Assembly (NCBI GenBank): GCA_001804785.1
Contig: MHBG01000010.1
Span: 1 to 39,940 of the forward strand
Source: Lentisphaerae bacterium GWF2_45_14
Lineage (GTDB): Bacteria; Verrucomicrobiota; Lentisphaeria; Victivallales; GWF2-45-14
Reading direction: 5' to 3'
DNA length: 39,940 nt
Positions 27,229 to 35,869 of the stretch are shown here, one piece after another. The first letter of the stretch is position 1, and each line of letters starts with the position of its first letter. The position numbers and the translations under genes were made by a program. Under the pieces are notes generated by a model. That model was not told the origin of the DNA. It did no database searches and saw only the letters and a list, made by a program, of their open reading frames with translations.

Positions 27229-28437
27229 ATGAAAAGTAAGCTCTTAGCCGCATTGTTAATCTGCTTTTCGTTACAGCTTTATGCCGCGCCTCAGCCGGGG
27301 GACAGGGCACCTGACTTCACGATTGAGAGCTGGCTCAGGAACGGCCCGCTCAGAATAAGCCGTCCGGCAGGCATTCAGACGGACATTTACTATGCGGTTG
27401 TCTTCTGGGGGACATGGTCAAAGCAGTCTACCGATCTTTTTCCTTTTCTTAGCTATCTTCACAAAAAGTTCAACACGCGCGGACTCCTTATAGTGGCGAT
27501 ATCCCAGGAAAAAACGGGAGTTATCGAAAAATTTCTGGAAAAGCAGGGCGAGATAGAATTTACAGTGGCCGCCGACCGTGATGGAATTACAAGCGCGGCG
27601 TTTCTTGATGTTGACAGTATTCCGACCGGGTTCATTGTTGAGTCCACAAAGGGTGAAATAATGTGGAAGGGCGATCTTTCCGATATGGGCCGCGTTTTTG
27701 ATAAGATACTGAGTGGCGATTTCGATATTGAGGAACAGAAAAAGATAAGCGCTTTTCGCAAGGAACTTATGCTCGCGATGCAGTCCGGAAGCGACAGCCA
27801 GATGGCGGAAAAATGCGAAAATATCCTTAGGATAGACAAGCGCGATCCATCTGCCATAAGATGCATGCTCATGCTTTTCGAGGAAAAAAAGGAACCAGCC
27901 AAAGCACTTGAATTCATTGAGAAAATGATAGTCGGCGATCCCGATAACTCAAGTCTTTACTTTATAAAGGCGGAGCTGATGCCGGACAGCGGAAAAGACA
28001 CCGCGTCAATCAATTCGTTCATCAGGGAATTTCGGGAAAGATTTTCAAAGGACCACGCCGTGATGAATAATCTGGCAAACGTTCTTGTCGAAACGGAAGG
28101 GCCTCCTGGAGAAGCTCTTAAAGCGGCGGAAATGGCGGTGAAAAATATCTCGGGCCGCGACGACGCTCTGACTCAGGCGCTTTACTGTACCACGCTTGCA
28201 AAGGTTTACTGCTATCTGGGACAGCCTGGGTTTGCTGAAATATTTCAGCAGAAGGCCGTCCTCCTCCTGAAAGGCAAAAAAGGCTATAAGGAAGCCCTCG
28301 GAAAACTTGAGTTTTACAAGAGTGTTTCCACGGCTTCCAAAGACTTGAAAATGATAGAAGTTCCCGAATTCGAGCAATTCCCGGAAACGAAACACATTCC
28401 AGCCGAACTAGAAAAGTCCTCACCTGTCGCACCCTGA
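27229..28437 (+). CDS. Secreted thioredoxin-fold (TlpA/AhpC-TSA-like) domain lacking the CxxC motif, fused to a C-terminal TPR-like helical domain
   Basis: Signal peptide, then PDFTIESWL...VVFWGTWSKQSTDLFPFL...LLIVAISQE...IPTGFIVESTKGEIMWKG (Trx-fold pattern in which WCxxC is replaced by W-G-T-W-S-K-Q-S). It is followed by helical repeats of about 200 aa. Confidence 0.6.
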   Translation: MKSKLLAALLICFSLQLYAAPQPGDRAPDFTIESWLRNGPLRISRPAGIQTDIYYAVVFWGTWSKQSTDLFPFLSYLHKKFNTRGLLIVAISQEKTGVIEKFLEKQGEIEFTVAADRDGITSAAFLDVDSIPTGFIVESTKGEIMWKGDLSDMGRVFDKILSGDFDIEEQKKISAFRKELMLAMQSGSDSQMAEKCENILRIDKRDPSAIRCMLMLFEEKKEPAKALEFIEKMIVGDPDNSSLYFIKAELMPDSGKDTASINSFIREFRERFSKDHAVMNNLANVLVETEGPPGEALKAAEMAVKNISGRDDALTQALYCTTLAKVYCYLGQPGFAEIFQQKAVLLLKGKKGYKEALGKLEFYKSVSTASKDLKMIEVPEFEQFPETKHIPAELEKSSPVAP

Positions 28438-28454
28438 AAAATTCATGGAAGGAT

Positions 28455-29606
28455 ATGTATATGAGCACAGTCGCAGTGAAGAAAATACTCTCGGCAGAAT
28501 CAATGAGAAATTTGGGAGCGATTGGCGAAATTGACAGTGAAAACCTTTTATATTTGGAAAGTCTGGCGCGGCGAGTTTCAGAGGACGAGGCGTTACTGAA
28601 GCTTTTTGTAGACCTTTATCAGTGTATCTACAAAGGAGGCGAAGTTAGCCTGCCGGAAGAAATTGAAGCTATGAAGAACGACAGTTACGGATTTTACGCG
28701 CTTCTTGCGCTCGCCGGATTGCCGGAGGCTGAAAAGCATTTCAATAAGTTCGGGATACCGGAAGATATACGAAGAGGCGCTTATGTCGATACCGGCATAT
28801 GGATAAAACATTTTTACGTGAATACGGGAAGGCGTGGAATATCCCCGAGGATATTGGGATGGGAGCTTGGGCTTTTTAAGGGAAATCTGTACCGGATTGG
28901 CAGGCTACAGTTCGGGATAAAGCCATTTTACCATCAGGCAAGGGCACTCCGCAATATAAAAAACCGAAAAGTCCAGGCGTTTGCTTCGCCCGGAATGAAG
29001 TTTAACGGAGAGGGGCTTTGCGACGGAGTTGACGGTCATTTTGACGGTGCCGGAGCATGGGAATCCGAATATATTGTTTCCGGCAATAGCGTTACAGGGA
29101 ATCCTGTCTCCTCGGATGGTTTCGCCGCAAGGCAAAAGCTTACGCTCAATCTTTCAGAATGGGAAGAGGTACTCGCGCCGGGCGACCCCGTTATAGATGT
29201 TCATATACCGGAGGGCGGGCCGATGACGCTCGAGGCGTGTGCCGATGCGATGGACCGCGCTCTTAAATTCTTTCCCGAATACTTTCCCGACAAACCATTC
29301 AAGGCGTTCGCCTGCGAATCGTGGATCTTTGACCCGCATTTCGCATTGATATTGAAACCTGAGTCGAATATCGTAAAGTTCCAGAAAGAGTACTACCTCT
29401 TTCCCATAGAATGCAGCGGAGAAGACACTGCGTGGCGGATATTCGGCGAAAATGGGCTGGTGAACGGACTGGCGAACGCGCCGCGAAACAGCAGTATGCA
29501 GAAAGCCTGCGCGGAATTCATGGAGCGCGGCGGGTTTTTCAGGAGCGGCGGCGGCTTTTATCTGCTTGAAGAGATGCCCTACGGCAGAGCCGTCTACAGG
29601 AGCTAA
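28455..29606 (+). CDS. Conserved hypothetical protein (383 aa), function unknown
   Basis: Long clean ORF with balanced composition within the gatCA...accD co-directional run. No catalytic motif recognised by eye. Confidence 0.5.
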   Translation: MYMSTVAVKKILSAESMRNLGAIGEIDSENLLYLESLARRVSEDEALLKLFVDLYQCIYKGGEVSLPEEIEAMKNDSYGFYALLALAGLPEAEKHFNKFGIPEDIRRGAYVDTGIWIKHFYVNTGRRGISPRILGWELGLFKGNLYRIGRLQFGIKPFYHQARALRNIKNRKVQAFASPGMKFNGEGLCDGVDGHFDGAGAWESEYIVSGNSVTGNPVSSDGFAARQKLTLNLSEWEEVLAPGDPVIDVHIPEGGPMTLEACADAMDRALKFFPEYFPDKPFKAFACESWIFDPHFALILKPESNIVKFQKEYYLFPIECSGEDTAWRIFGENGLVNGLANAPRNSSMQKACAEFMERGGFFRSGGGFYLLEEMPYGRAVYRS

Positions 29607-29607
29607 C

Positions 29608-30330
29608 GTGACCTTGCCTGCACTTGAATCTCTTCTCATAAAAACGGCTGGAATATTCTGTTCTTTTCCTTGTCCCGGCTGCGGGAATCCCCTGCCGGAA
29701 GGAGAGCGAGCAAACTCGTTCTGCCGGGAATGCAAGGAGAAAATCAGGTTCATTACTCCTCCATTTTGTCCTGGCTGCGGCGGGGAGCTTGATGGTGCGT
29801 TGGCGGTCTGCTCAAAGTGTATGAGGGAGGAAAAGAGGCAGTGGCTGGAGGCGGTATCGCTTTTTGGGATGGAAGGGATGGGGCGGATACTTTTACACAG
29901 GTTCAAATTCTACAATACGCCCGAGCTGGCGAGGCCGCTGGCACGTTTGGCATCGGAAGCCCTTGAACGGGCGCGGACGGAGTTTGACGTGATCGTGCCT
30001 GTTCCGCTTCACTGGACGCGCCGCTTCATGCGCGGCTTCAATCAGTCGCGGCTAATGGCATCTTTAATTTCAGAATTTACGGGGAAACCTTGCGAAGGGA
30101 TGCTTGCAAGGACTCGGATGGGCCGGATTCAATCCAGGCTTACGCGCGAAGAGCGTAAAAAGAATCTTATTGGCGCTTTTTCTTTAAAAAAAGGGGCAAA
30201 TTGTAAAAAGCGCAATATATTACTGGTCGATGATGTGATGACTACGGGCTCAACTTTGTCAGCGGCGTCCGCCGAACTGCTGAAGTCGGGAGCATCCGCA
30301 GTCAACGTGTTCGTTCTTGCACGAAGATAA
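29608..30330 (+). CDS. comF: ComF-family protein (double Zn-ribbon plus phosphoribosyltransferase domain)
   Basis: CPGCGNPL...CRECK...CPGCG...CSKC followed by the PRTase signature ILLVDDVMTTGSTL. A GTG at 29608 lies right after the upstream stop, with a GGAG 7 nt before it; the ORF-track ATG at 29566 would overlap the upstream gene by 40 nt. Confidence 0.8.
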   Translation: MTLPALESLLIKTAGIFCSFPCPGCGNPLPEGERANSFCRECKEKIRFITPPFCPGCGGELDGALAVCSKCMREEKRQWLEAVSLFGMEGMGRILLHRFKFYNTPELARPLARLASEALERARTEFDVIVPVPLHWTRRFMRGFNQSRLMASLISEFTGKPCEGMLARTRMGRIQSRLTREERKKNLIGAFSLKKGANCKKRNILLVDDVMTTGSTLSAASAELLKSGASAVNVFVLARR

Positions 30331-30351
30331 CGATATAGAGGACAGAAGCAT

Positions 30352-31263
30352 ATGGCACTTTTTAGAAAAGCGAGGTATTCGACGCTGAACCCGACAGATA
30401 AAAGAGAGGATCAGCCATCAAAGAAAAAGGAAATCCCGCATGGCCTGTGGGAAAAATGTCCTCAATGCAGCGAAACAATTTACGCGAAGCAAAAGGAAGA
30501 AAATCTCAATCTCTGCCCGCGCTGTTCCTATCACTACCCTATGACCGCCTGGAACAGGATAAAACTCCTTACCGATGAGGGGTCGTTTTTAGAATTTGAC
30601 GCTGATATGGAGTCGGTAGACAAGCTTCAGTTTGAAGGAGTGGCTCCGTATCTGAGCAAGCTCGAAGAAAACAAAAAGAAAACCGGGCTCAAAGACGCCG
30701 TGGTTTATGGGACTGCCTCACTTGACGAAAGAAAATACGTACTTGCTGTAATGGATTTCCGCTTTCTCGGCGCCAGTATGGGCTGCGTCGTCGGCGAAAA
30801 AGTAACGCGGGCCGCCGAACTGGCGCTTAAGGAAAAACTGCCCTTCGTCATCGCTACCGCCAGCGGCGGCGCGAGGATGTATGAAGGTATGTTGAGCCTG
30901 ATGCAGATGGCGAAGACAAGCGGTGCGCTTGAGCGTCTCGACGAGGCCGGACTTCCTTATATAGTTATAATGACGCATCCGACGACGGCCGGAGTAACGG
31001 CCAGTTTTGCCTCGCTGGGAGACCTTATTCTCGCAGAACCGGGCGCGATGATCGCCTTTGCCGGGCCGCGCGTTATCAAGGACACAACCCAGGCAAAACT
31101 GCCCGAGGGATTCCAAACGGCTGAGTTTCTACTCAAAAAAGGCCTTATCGATAAAATCATCGGCAGGAAAAATTTGAGAAATGAACTTTCTCTCTGCCTT
31201 GAATATGTTACCTCGTCATGTAAAGTTCACAGTGCCGAACGAGGTAAAGCCCAGGCAAAATGA
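30352..31263 (+). CDS. accD: Acetyl-CoA carboxylase carboxyltransferase subunit beta
   Basis: N-terminal Zn-ribbon CPQCSETIYAKQKEENLNLCPRCSYHYPMTAW and a carboxyltransferase domain (GGARMYEGMLSLMQMAKTS). Confidence 0.9.
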   Translation: MALFRKARYSTLNPTDKREDQPSKKKEIPHGLWEKCPQCSETIYAKQKEENLNLCPRCSYHYPMTAWNRIKLLTDEGSFLEFDADMESVDKLQFEGVAPYLSKLEENKKKTGLKDAVVYGTASLDERKYVLAVMDFRFLGASMGCVVGEKVTRAAELALKEKLPFVIATASGGARMYEGMLSLMQMAKTSGALERLDEAGLPYIVIMTHPTTAGVTASFASLGDLILAEPGAMIAFAGPRVIKDTTQAKLPEGFQTAEFLLKKGLIDKIIGRKNLRNELSLCLEYVTSSCKVHSAERGKAQAK

Positions 31264-31270
31264 TTTTTTT

Positions 31271-31394
31271 GGGCCGGCTTGCCGGATCCTGTGCACTGGA
31301 GGAGGGCGAACCGAGTCAGATGGGGAACCAAGCAGCTCTAAGCCACGATTCCAGGTGCCGCAGGCCTTCTGGCAGTCGGCCCTTATTTTTATTT
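31271..31394 (+). ncRNA. ffs: Probable small (4.5S-type) SRP RNA, ffs: a long imperfect hairpin with a domain-IV-like apex and a U-tract terminator
   Basis: The 5' GGGCCG pairs with the 3' CGGCCC (31377-31382), followed by TTATTTTTATTT. The apex GAG-UCAGA-UGG-GGAA-CCA-AGCAGC-UC (31313-31338) mirrors E. coli 4.5S GGUCAGGUCC-GGAA-GGAAGCAGCC, with a GNRA tetraloop and a conserved AGCAGC loop. It lies upstream of rph-dnaX-ybaB-recR; ffs is commonly linked to dnaX. Confidence 0.6.
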
Positions 31395-31412
31395 CACACA
31401 GGATAAATTTTT

Positions 31413-32225
31413 ATGAACAGGCCGGACAACAGAAAAAACGATCAGCTTCGACGGGTTAAAATAACCAAGGATTACCTTAATCATCCGACTGGCTCGGTAC
31501 TCATCGAGTGCGGCGGGACTAAAGTGATATGCGCGGTATCCATAGATCCCGGCGTACCCCCATGGATGCGCGCCCAGAACGTGCCGGGCGGCTGGGTGAC
31601 CTCGGAATATGGAATGCTTCCCGGTTCCACCCACGACAGATCAAGACGCGAGGCAAACGCCGGTAAACAGGGCGGCAGGACAATGGAAATCCAGCGCCTT
31701 ATCGGAAGAAGCTTCCGCTCGGTAATCGATCTCGAAGCACTTGGGCCAAACACCGTTTACATCGACTGCGATGTGATTGATGCCGACGGCGGCACCCGCT
31801 GCGCCAGCATAAGCGGCGCGTCCGTTGCTCTCCAGATAGCATTCGGAAGGCTCCTCTCCACAGGACGGCTTAAAAAAAATCCAATGCGTGAAAATATCGC
31901 GGCCGTCAGCGTGGGAATAGTGAAAAATGAGATCCTTCTCGACCTCTGCTACGAAGAGGACTCCGGTGCGGATGTAGATATGAACATCGTAATGACGGAA
32001 TCCGGTAAATTTATAGAAGTGCAGGGTACCGCAGAAAAAGAACCTTTCTCTTTCGACACCCTTCAGGACATGCTCGGAACAGCGAAAAAGGGACTTGAAA
32101 CTCTTTTCAGCATTCAAGGCAAAACCCTTAACGACAACCCGATCCCCCATAATCGCAGTAAAAAGTTCGGCAACCTCGGCGAATTGCTCGACAATGTAAC
32201 AATCCAGCCCACGCAGGCAAACTAA
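31413..32225 (+). CDS. rph: Ribonuclease PH
   Basis: [35 protein letters not shown] ... [18 protein letters not shown] RNase PH motifs. Confidence 0.9.
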   Translation: MNRPDNRKNDQLRRVKITKDYLNHPTGSVLIECGGTKVICAVSIDPGVPPWMRAQNVPGGWVTSEYGMLPGSTHDRSRREANAGKQGGRTMEIQRLIGRSFRSVIDLEALGPNTVYIDCDVIDADGGTRCASISGASVALQIAFGRLLSTGRLKKNPMRENIAAVSVGIVKNEILLDLCYEEDSGADVDMNIVMTESGKFIEVQGTAEKEPFSFDTLQDMLGTAKKGLETLFSIQGKTLNDNPIPHNRSKKFGNLGELLDNVTIQPTQAN

Positions 32226-34102
32226 TGGGCGAATATCAGGTAATAGCCAGGAAATGTCGTCCGCAGAAATTTTCTGAGGTCATAGGGCAGGAACATATGA
32301 CCACGACATTGAAAAACGCCATAATCCAGGGCCGCATAGCACACGCCTATCTCTTCGTAGGCCCGCGCGGAATCGGAAAGACAACCACCGCTAGGATATT
32401 CGCGAAGGCGCTCAACTGTACATCGCCTCAGAACGGCGAACCCTGCTGCCTCTGCGATTCATGTGTTTCGATAGCCGATGGTTCGAATATGGACGTTATC
32501 GAAATCGATGCGGCAAGCCAGAATTCTGTCCAGAGCATAAGAGACCTCTGTCAGGAAGTGATGTTTTCACCCGTAAAAAGTAAATATAAAGTGTATATCG
32601 TGGACGAAGTCCACATGCTCCAGGCCACGGCCTGGAATGCGTTCCTCAAGACCATAGAGGAACCACCGGCCCACGCAAAATTTATCTTCGCGACGACCGA
32701 AGCCCACAAGGTGCTCCCGACAATCATATCGAGATGTCAGAGATTCGATCTTCGCAGGATTCCGTCTTCCATGATCTATGAAAGGCTCAAAGGAATAGCC
32801 ATCTCTGAAAAGGTGAGTATCTCCGACAGGGCAGTCAGGGCCATAGCCCGCGCAGCCGATGGTGGAATGCGCGACGCTCAATCATTGCTCGACCAGATGA
32901 TTTCCTTTTTCTCGGGGGAAGGCGCAGCGGCAATCTCCGAAGATCAGGTGCTTTCGCTCTTCGGACTTACATCGTCCGACGAAATGGAATCGCTCGTAAA
33001 GGCCGTCCTTTCCAACTCAAAGGCCGGTGCCGTAGCCAATATTCACAATCTCGCGGCACGCGGCAAAAATTTCGAGAAACTTTTCGAGGAACTCCTATTC
33101 TACCTCAGAGGCGTACAGCTCTGCTCAATCATTGAAAATCCCGAGGACATTCTGGAAGCAGGGGACGAGGCGGTGGATAAATACCGTGAAATGGCGCTGT
33201 CCGTCAATCCGGAAATAGTACAAAGACTTCTTGAGCAGCTTTCGCCGGTAGGCAATTCATTGCATAACGCTCTAAATAAACAGGTATTTATCGAAACACT
33301 GATATTGAAAGCAATGAGAATAGCACATTCCGTTTCTATAGATTCATTGCTCAGACGGCTTAATCAGATACGCAAAGACGGAGGTTTGGATTCTCTCGAT
33401 AATATTCCCGCAGCACCAGCCATGAGCGTCCCTGAAAAAGTCCAGGTCGAAAAAATAACTCCAACCCCGGCACCCTTGCCACGGCCGGTAGCGGAAACAC
33501 CCGTGCAGTCGAAACCGCTGCCTGAGCCTAAACCTGAGCCTGAGCCTCCTTCTTCCGTCTCTGAGTCTGAGCCGATAGAAGAAGAGCCGTTGGATGAAGA
33601 AATTTCGATGGATGAGGAAATGCCGTCACCGGAGACAGACGATGTGGAGATTCAGCCGCCGCCGGCCGTATCGCAGCATTCTTCCTCCACGAGAGTTGTC
33701 GAGACCCTTTCCACGCCCGAGCCGAAGGAAGTATGGCATTTGCTGCTGAAAGATGTCGAAGAAAATCTCAAGGATATAACACTCAAAAACTATCTCGCCG
33801 CGGGATTCCCCGAAAGCATTGAGGGAGAAAGGCTCAACATCGTCTTCGACGATGAGTTTGATGATGGTCATCTCGCGCGCATAAAGGAAAAAGCAGCCAT
33901 GCTCAATAAGCGGCTCCAGGCCGCCTCCGGCAGAAGGCACCTTGAGATTCACATCAAGTACAGAGAGGGCGTTCACGAGATACATCACGAAAAAAAACAG
34001 TCGCACGATGTTGCCGAGCTCAGGAAAAGAGTCGAGGCCAATGAATATGTTAGAAAAGCAATGAATATTTTCGGTGGACAGATCGTCGATATTCACGGTT
34101 GA
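32225..34102 (+). CDS. dnaX: DNA polymerase III subunit gamma/tau
   Basis: FSEVIGQEHMTTTLKNAIIQGRIAHAYLFVGPRGIGKTTTARIFAKALNC and the Zn module CxxC...C..C. A Pro/Glu-rich linker and the tau C-terminal region. The start overlaps the rph stop (TAATG). Confidence 0.95.
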   Translation: MGEYQVIARKCRPQKFSEVIGQEHMTTTLKNAIIQGRIAHAYLFVGPRGIGKTTTARIFAKALNCTSPQNGEPCCLCDSCVSIADGSNMDVIEIDAASQNSVQSIRDLCQEVMFSPVKSKYKVYIVDEVHMLQATAWNAFLKTIEEPPAHAKFIFATTEAHKVLPTIISRCQRFDLRRIPSSMIYERLKGIAISEKVSISDRAVRAIARAADGGMRDAQSLLDQMISFFSGEGAAAISEDQVLSLFGLTSSDEMESLVKAVLSNSKAGAVANIHNLAARGKNFEKLFEELLFYLRGVQLCSIIENPEDILEAGDEAVDKYREMALSVNPEIVQRLLEQLSPVGNSLHNALNKQVFIETLILKAMRIAHSVSIDSLLRRLNQIRKDGGLDSLDNIPAAPAMSVPEKVQVEKITPTPAPLPRPVAETPVQSKPLPEPKPEPEPPSSVSESEPIEEEPLDEEISMDEEMPSPETDDVEIQPPPAVSQHSSSTRVVETLSTPEPKEVWHLLLKDVEENLKDITLKNYLAAGFPESIEGERLNIVFDDEFDDGHLARIKEKAAMLNKRLQAASGRRHLEIHIKYREGVHEIHHEKKQSHDVAELRKRVEANEYVRKAMNIFGGQIVDIHG

Positions 34103-34148
34103 CAGGCTTGGCGAGGCCAATAGGAAAAAAACAGGAGAGCAAAGAGAT

Positions 34149-34469
34149 ATGTTTGGAAATTTAGGCGAAATAGCGAACCTTATGAAAAAGGCGAAGGATA
34201 TTCAGAAAAACCTGAAGGAAATGCAGGGAGACCTTGCGTCAATTGAATGTACCGGCGAAAGCGAAAACGGCATGGTCGAGGTCGTCGTCAGCGGAGACCT
34301 GACGGTAAAGAGGATTTTTATAAAGGAAGCCGCCATGTTTGATAGGGAGGTACTTGAGGATACCGTCCAGGCTGCGGTAAATAACGCGCTGGCCGGAGTA
34401 AAGGCGAAGTCTCAGGATAAACTTTCCAAGCTCACGGGCGGCATCAATATCCCAGGCCTGTTTAATTAA
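34149..34469 (+). CDS. ybaB: Nucleoid-associated protein YbaB/EbfC
   Basis: MFGNLGEIANLMKKAKDIQKNLKEMQGDLA YbaB signature, with an AGGAGAG RBS 9 nt upstream. The ORF-track start at 34074 is an upstream extension without an RBS. Confidence 0.85.
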   Translation: MFGNLGEIANLMKKAKDIQKNLKEMQGDLASIECTGESENGMVEVVVSGDLTVKRIFIKEAAMFDREVLEDTVQAAVNNALAGVKAKSQDKLSKLTGGINIPGLFN

Positions 34470-34484
34470 TTCCGGTGATATGAA

Positions 34485-35090
34485 ATGTCATCAAAATACC
34501 CTGAACCACTTAAAGAGCTGGTCGATTTTCTTAAATCGCTGCCGGGCATAGGCTTGAAAAATGCCGAAAGGCTGGCGTTCTCCATGCTTAAGTGGCCGCA
34601 GGATAAACTTGAGGCATTTGGGGATTCCGTAAAAAATTTAAAAAGCAGTGTTACTTCCTGTCCTGAATGCGGCAATCTCTCAAGCGAAGGCGTGCTCTGT
34701 TCAATATGCGTATCCGCGTCCCGCGACAGAAGCGTGATATGCGTCATCGAAGAATCTCTTCAGATATACACCATAGAATCCGGAGGGCTTTTCAAAGGAG
34801 TTTACCACGTGCTCGGCGGCAAGCTCTCGCCTCTGAGCGGCAGAGGAGCCGAAAGCCTGACAACGGATCTGCTGCACAGGCGCGTATCATTTGGCGGAGT
34901 CAATGAGGTCATCCTTGCGTTGAGTCCGGACGTTGAAGGCCAAGCTACTTCTGTATATATTTCTGAAATACTCAAGGATACGAATGTAAAAGTAAGCGTA
35001 CTTGCACGAGGACTTCCGGCAGGTTCCGATATTTCTTACGCCGACTCGGCGACTATTGCCGCAGCCATAAGCGGACGAAAGTCCTTGTAA
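34485..35090 (+). CDS. recR: Recombination protein RecR
   Basis: HhH motif LPGIGLKNAERLAF, the zinc finger CPECGNLSSEGVLCSIC and a Toprim domain; dnaX-ybaB-recR synteny. Confidence 0.95.
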   Translation: MSSKYPEPLKELVDFLKSLPGIGLKNAERLAFSMLKWPQDKLEAFGDSVKNLKSSVTSCPECGNLSSEGVLCSICVSASRDRSVICVIEESLQIYTIESGGLFKGVYHVLGGKLSPLSGRGAESLTTDLLHRRVSFGGVNEVILALSPDVEGQATSVYISEILKDTNVKVSVLARGLPAGSDISYADSATIAAAISGRKSL

Positions 35091-35092
35091 AC

Positions 35093-35803
35093 GTGAACCT
35101 CGTAATTCTTCTCAAAGATGATTTCAAGGATGAGTCGCATGCGGTCATAGAGGGACGGCGCGCGAAGCATATAATCGAAGTGCACCGCGCCGAAAAAGGA
35201 AAGCTTCTTAAGGCTGGTCTTCTAAATTCTCAAATCGGAACTGGATTGGTTACAGAAATATCGGCAGATTCGGTGGAGCTCGAAGTCAAGCTCTTCGGTA
35301 ATCCGCCTCCGGCTCCCCCAATTACGCTTATCGCTGCTCTGCCGCGGCCCAAGAGCTTCAGAAAAGTCCTCCATGCCGCTGTGTCGATGGGTGTCAAAAA
35401 TATATATTTTATTGCCTCGTGGAAGGTCGAAAAAAGTTACTGGGAAAGTCCGGTCATTGGCGAAAAAGAGGTTTTCGAGGAATCAATTCTGGCCCTTGAA
35501 CAGTCCCGTGACACCATCATGCCGCAGATATTTTTCAGGAAGCGTTTCAAACCCTTTCTCGAAGACGAGGTACCCGGGATTATAGAGGATGCTCAATGCC
35601 TTCTCGCGCATCCGGGGTCGCACCCTGTATGCCCCTGCAGAATCAGCCGGAAGGCGTTTCTTGCAATCGGGCCGGAGGGCGGTTTTACGGATTACGAAAG
35701 AGATTTATTCATTGAACGCGGTTTCAGTCCGGTAAGTATCGGGGAAAGAATACTCAGAACTGAGTTCGCCGTACCAGCATTGCTTTCTCGACTCATATTT
35801 TAA
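35093..35803 (+). CDS. rsmE: 16S rRNA (uracil1498-N3)-methyltransferase RsmE
   Basis: 236 aa. A PUA-like N-terminus and an SPOUT fold with IGPEGGF near the C-terminus. Confidence 0.8.
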   Translation: MNLVILLKDDFKDESHAVIEGRRAKHIIEVHRAEKGKLLKAGLLNSQIGTGLVTEISADSVELEVKLFGNPPPAPPITLIAALPRPKSFRKVLHAAVSMGVKNIYFIASWKVEKSYWESPVIGEKEVFEESILALEQSRDTIMPQIFFRKRFKPFLEDEVPGIIEDAQCLLAHPGSHPVCPCRISRKAFLAIGPEGGFTDYERDLFIERGFSPVSIGERILRTEFAVPALLSRLIF

Positions 35804-35869
35804 ACTTGATTTTTTTTCGGCACGCGACATTGTAAGCTTCAGATAAAACATAACGGGAGAATAGTCGAT

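Noticed and set aside
29154-29906. 250-aa minus-strand ORF
   Set aside because: Antisense to the 383-aa hypothetical and comF. The sense genes have RBSs and recognisable motifs (PRTase).
33990-34001. A8 run in dnaX as a possible gamma-subunit programmed frameshift site
   Set aside because: It lies about 35 codons from the 3' end of dnaX, far downstream of where the tau/gamma slippery site sits (after domain III). It is more likely just a homopolymer.
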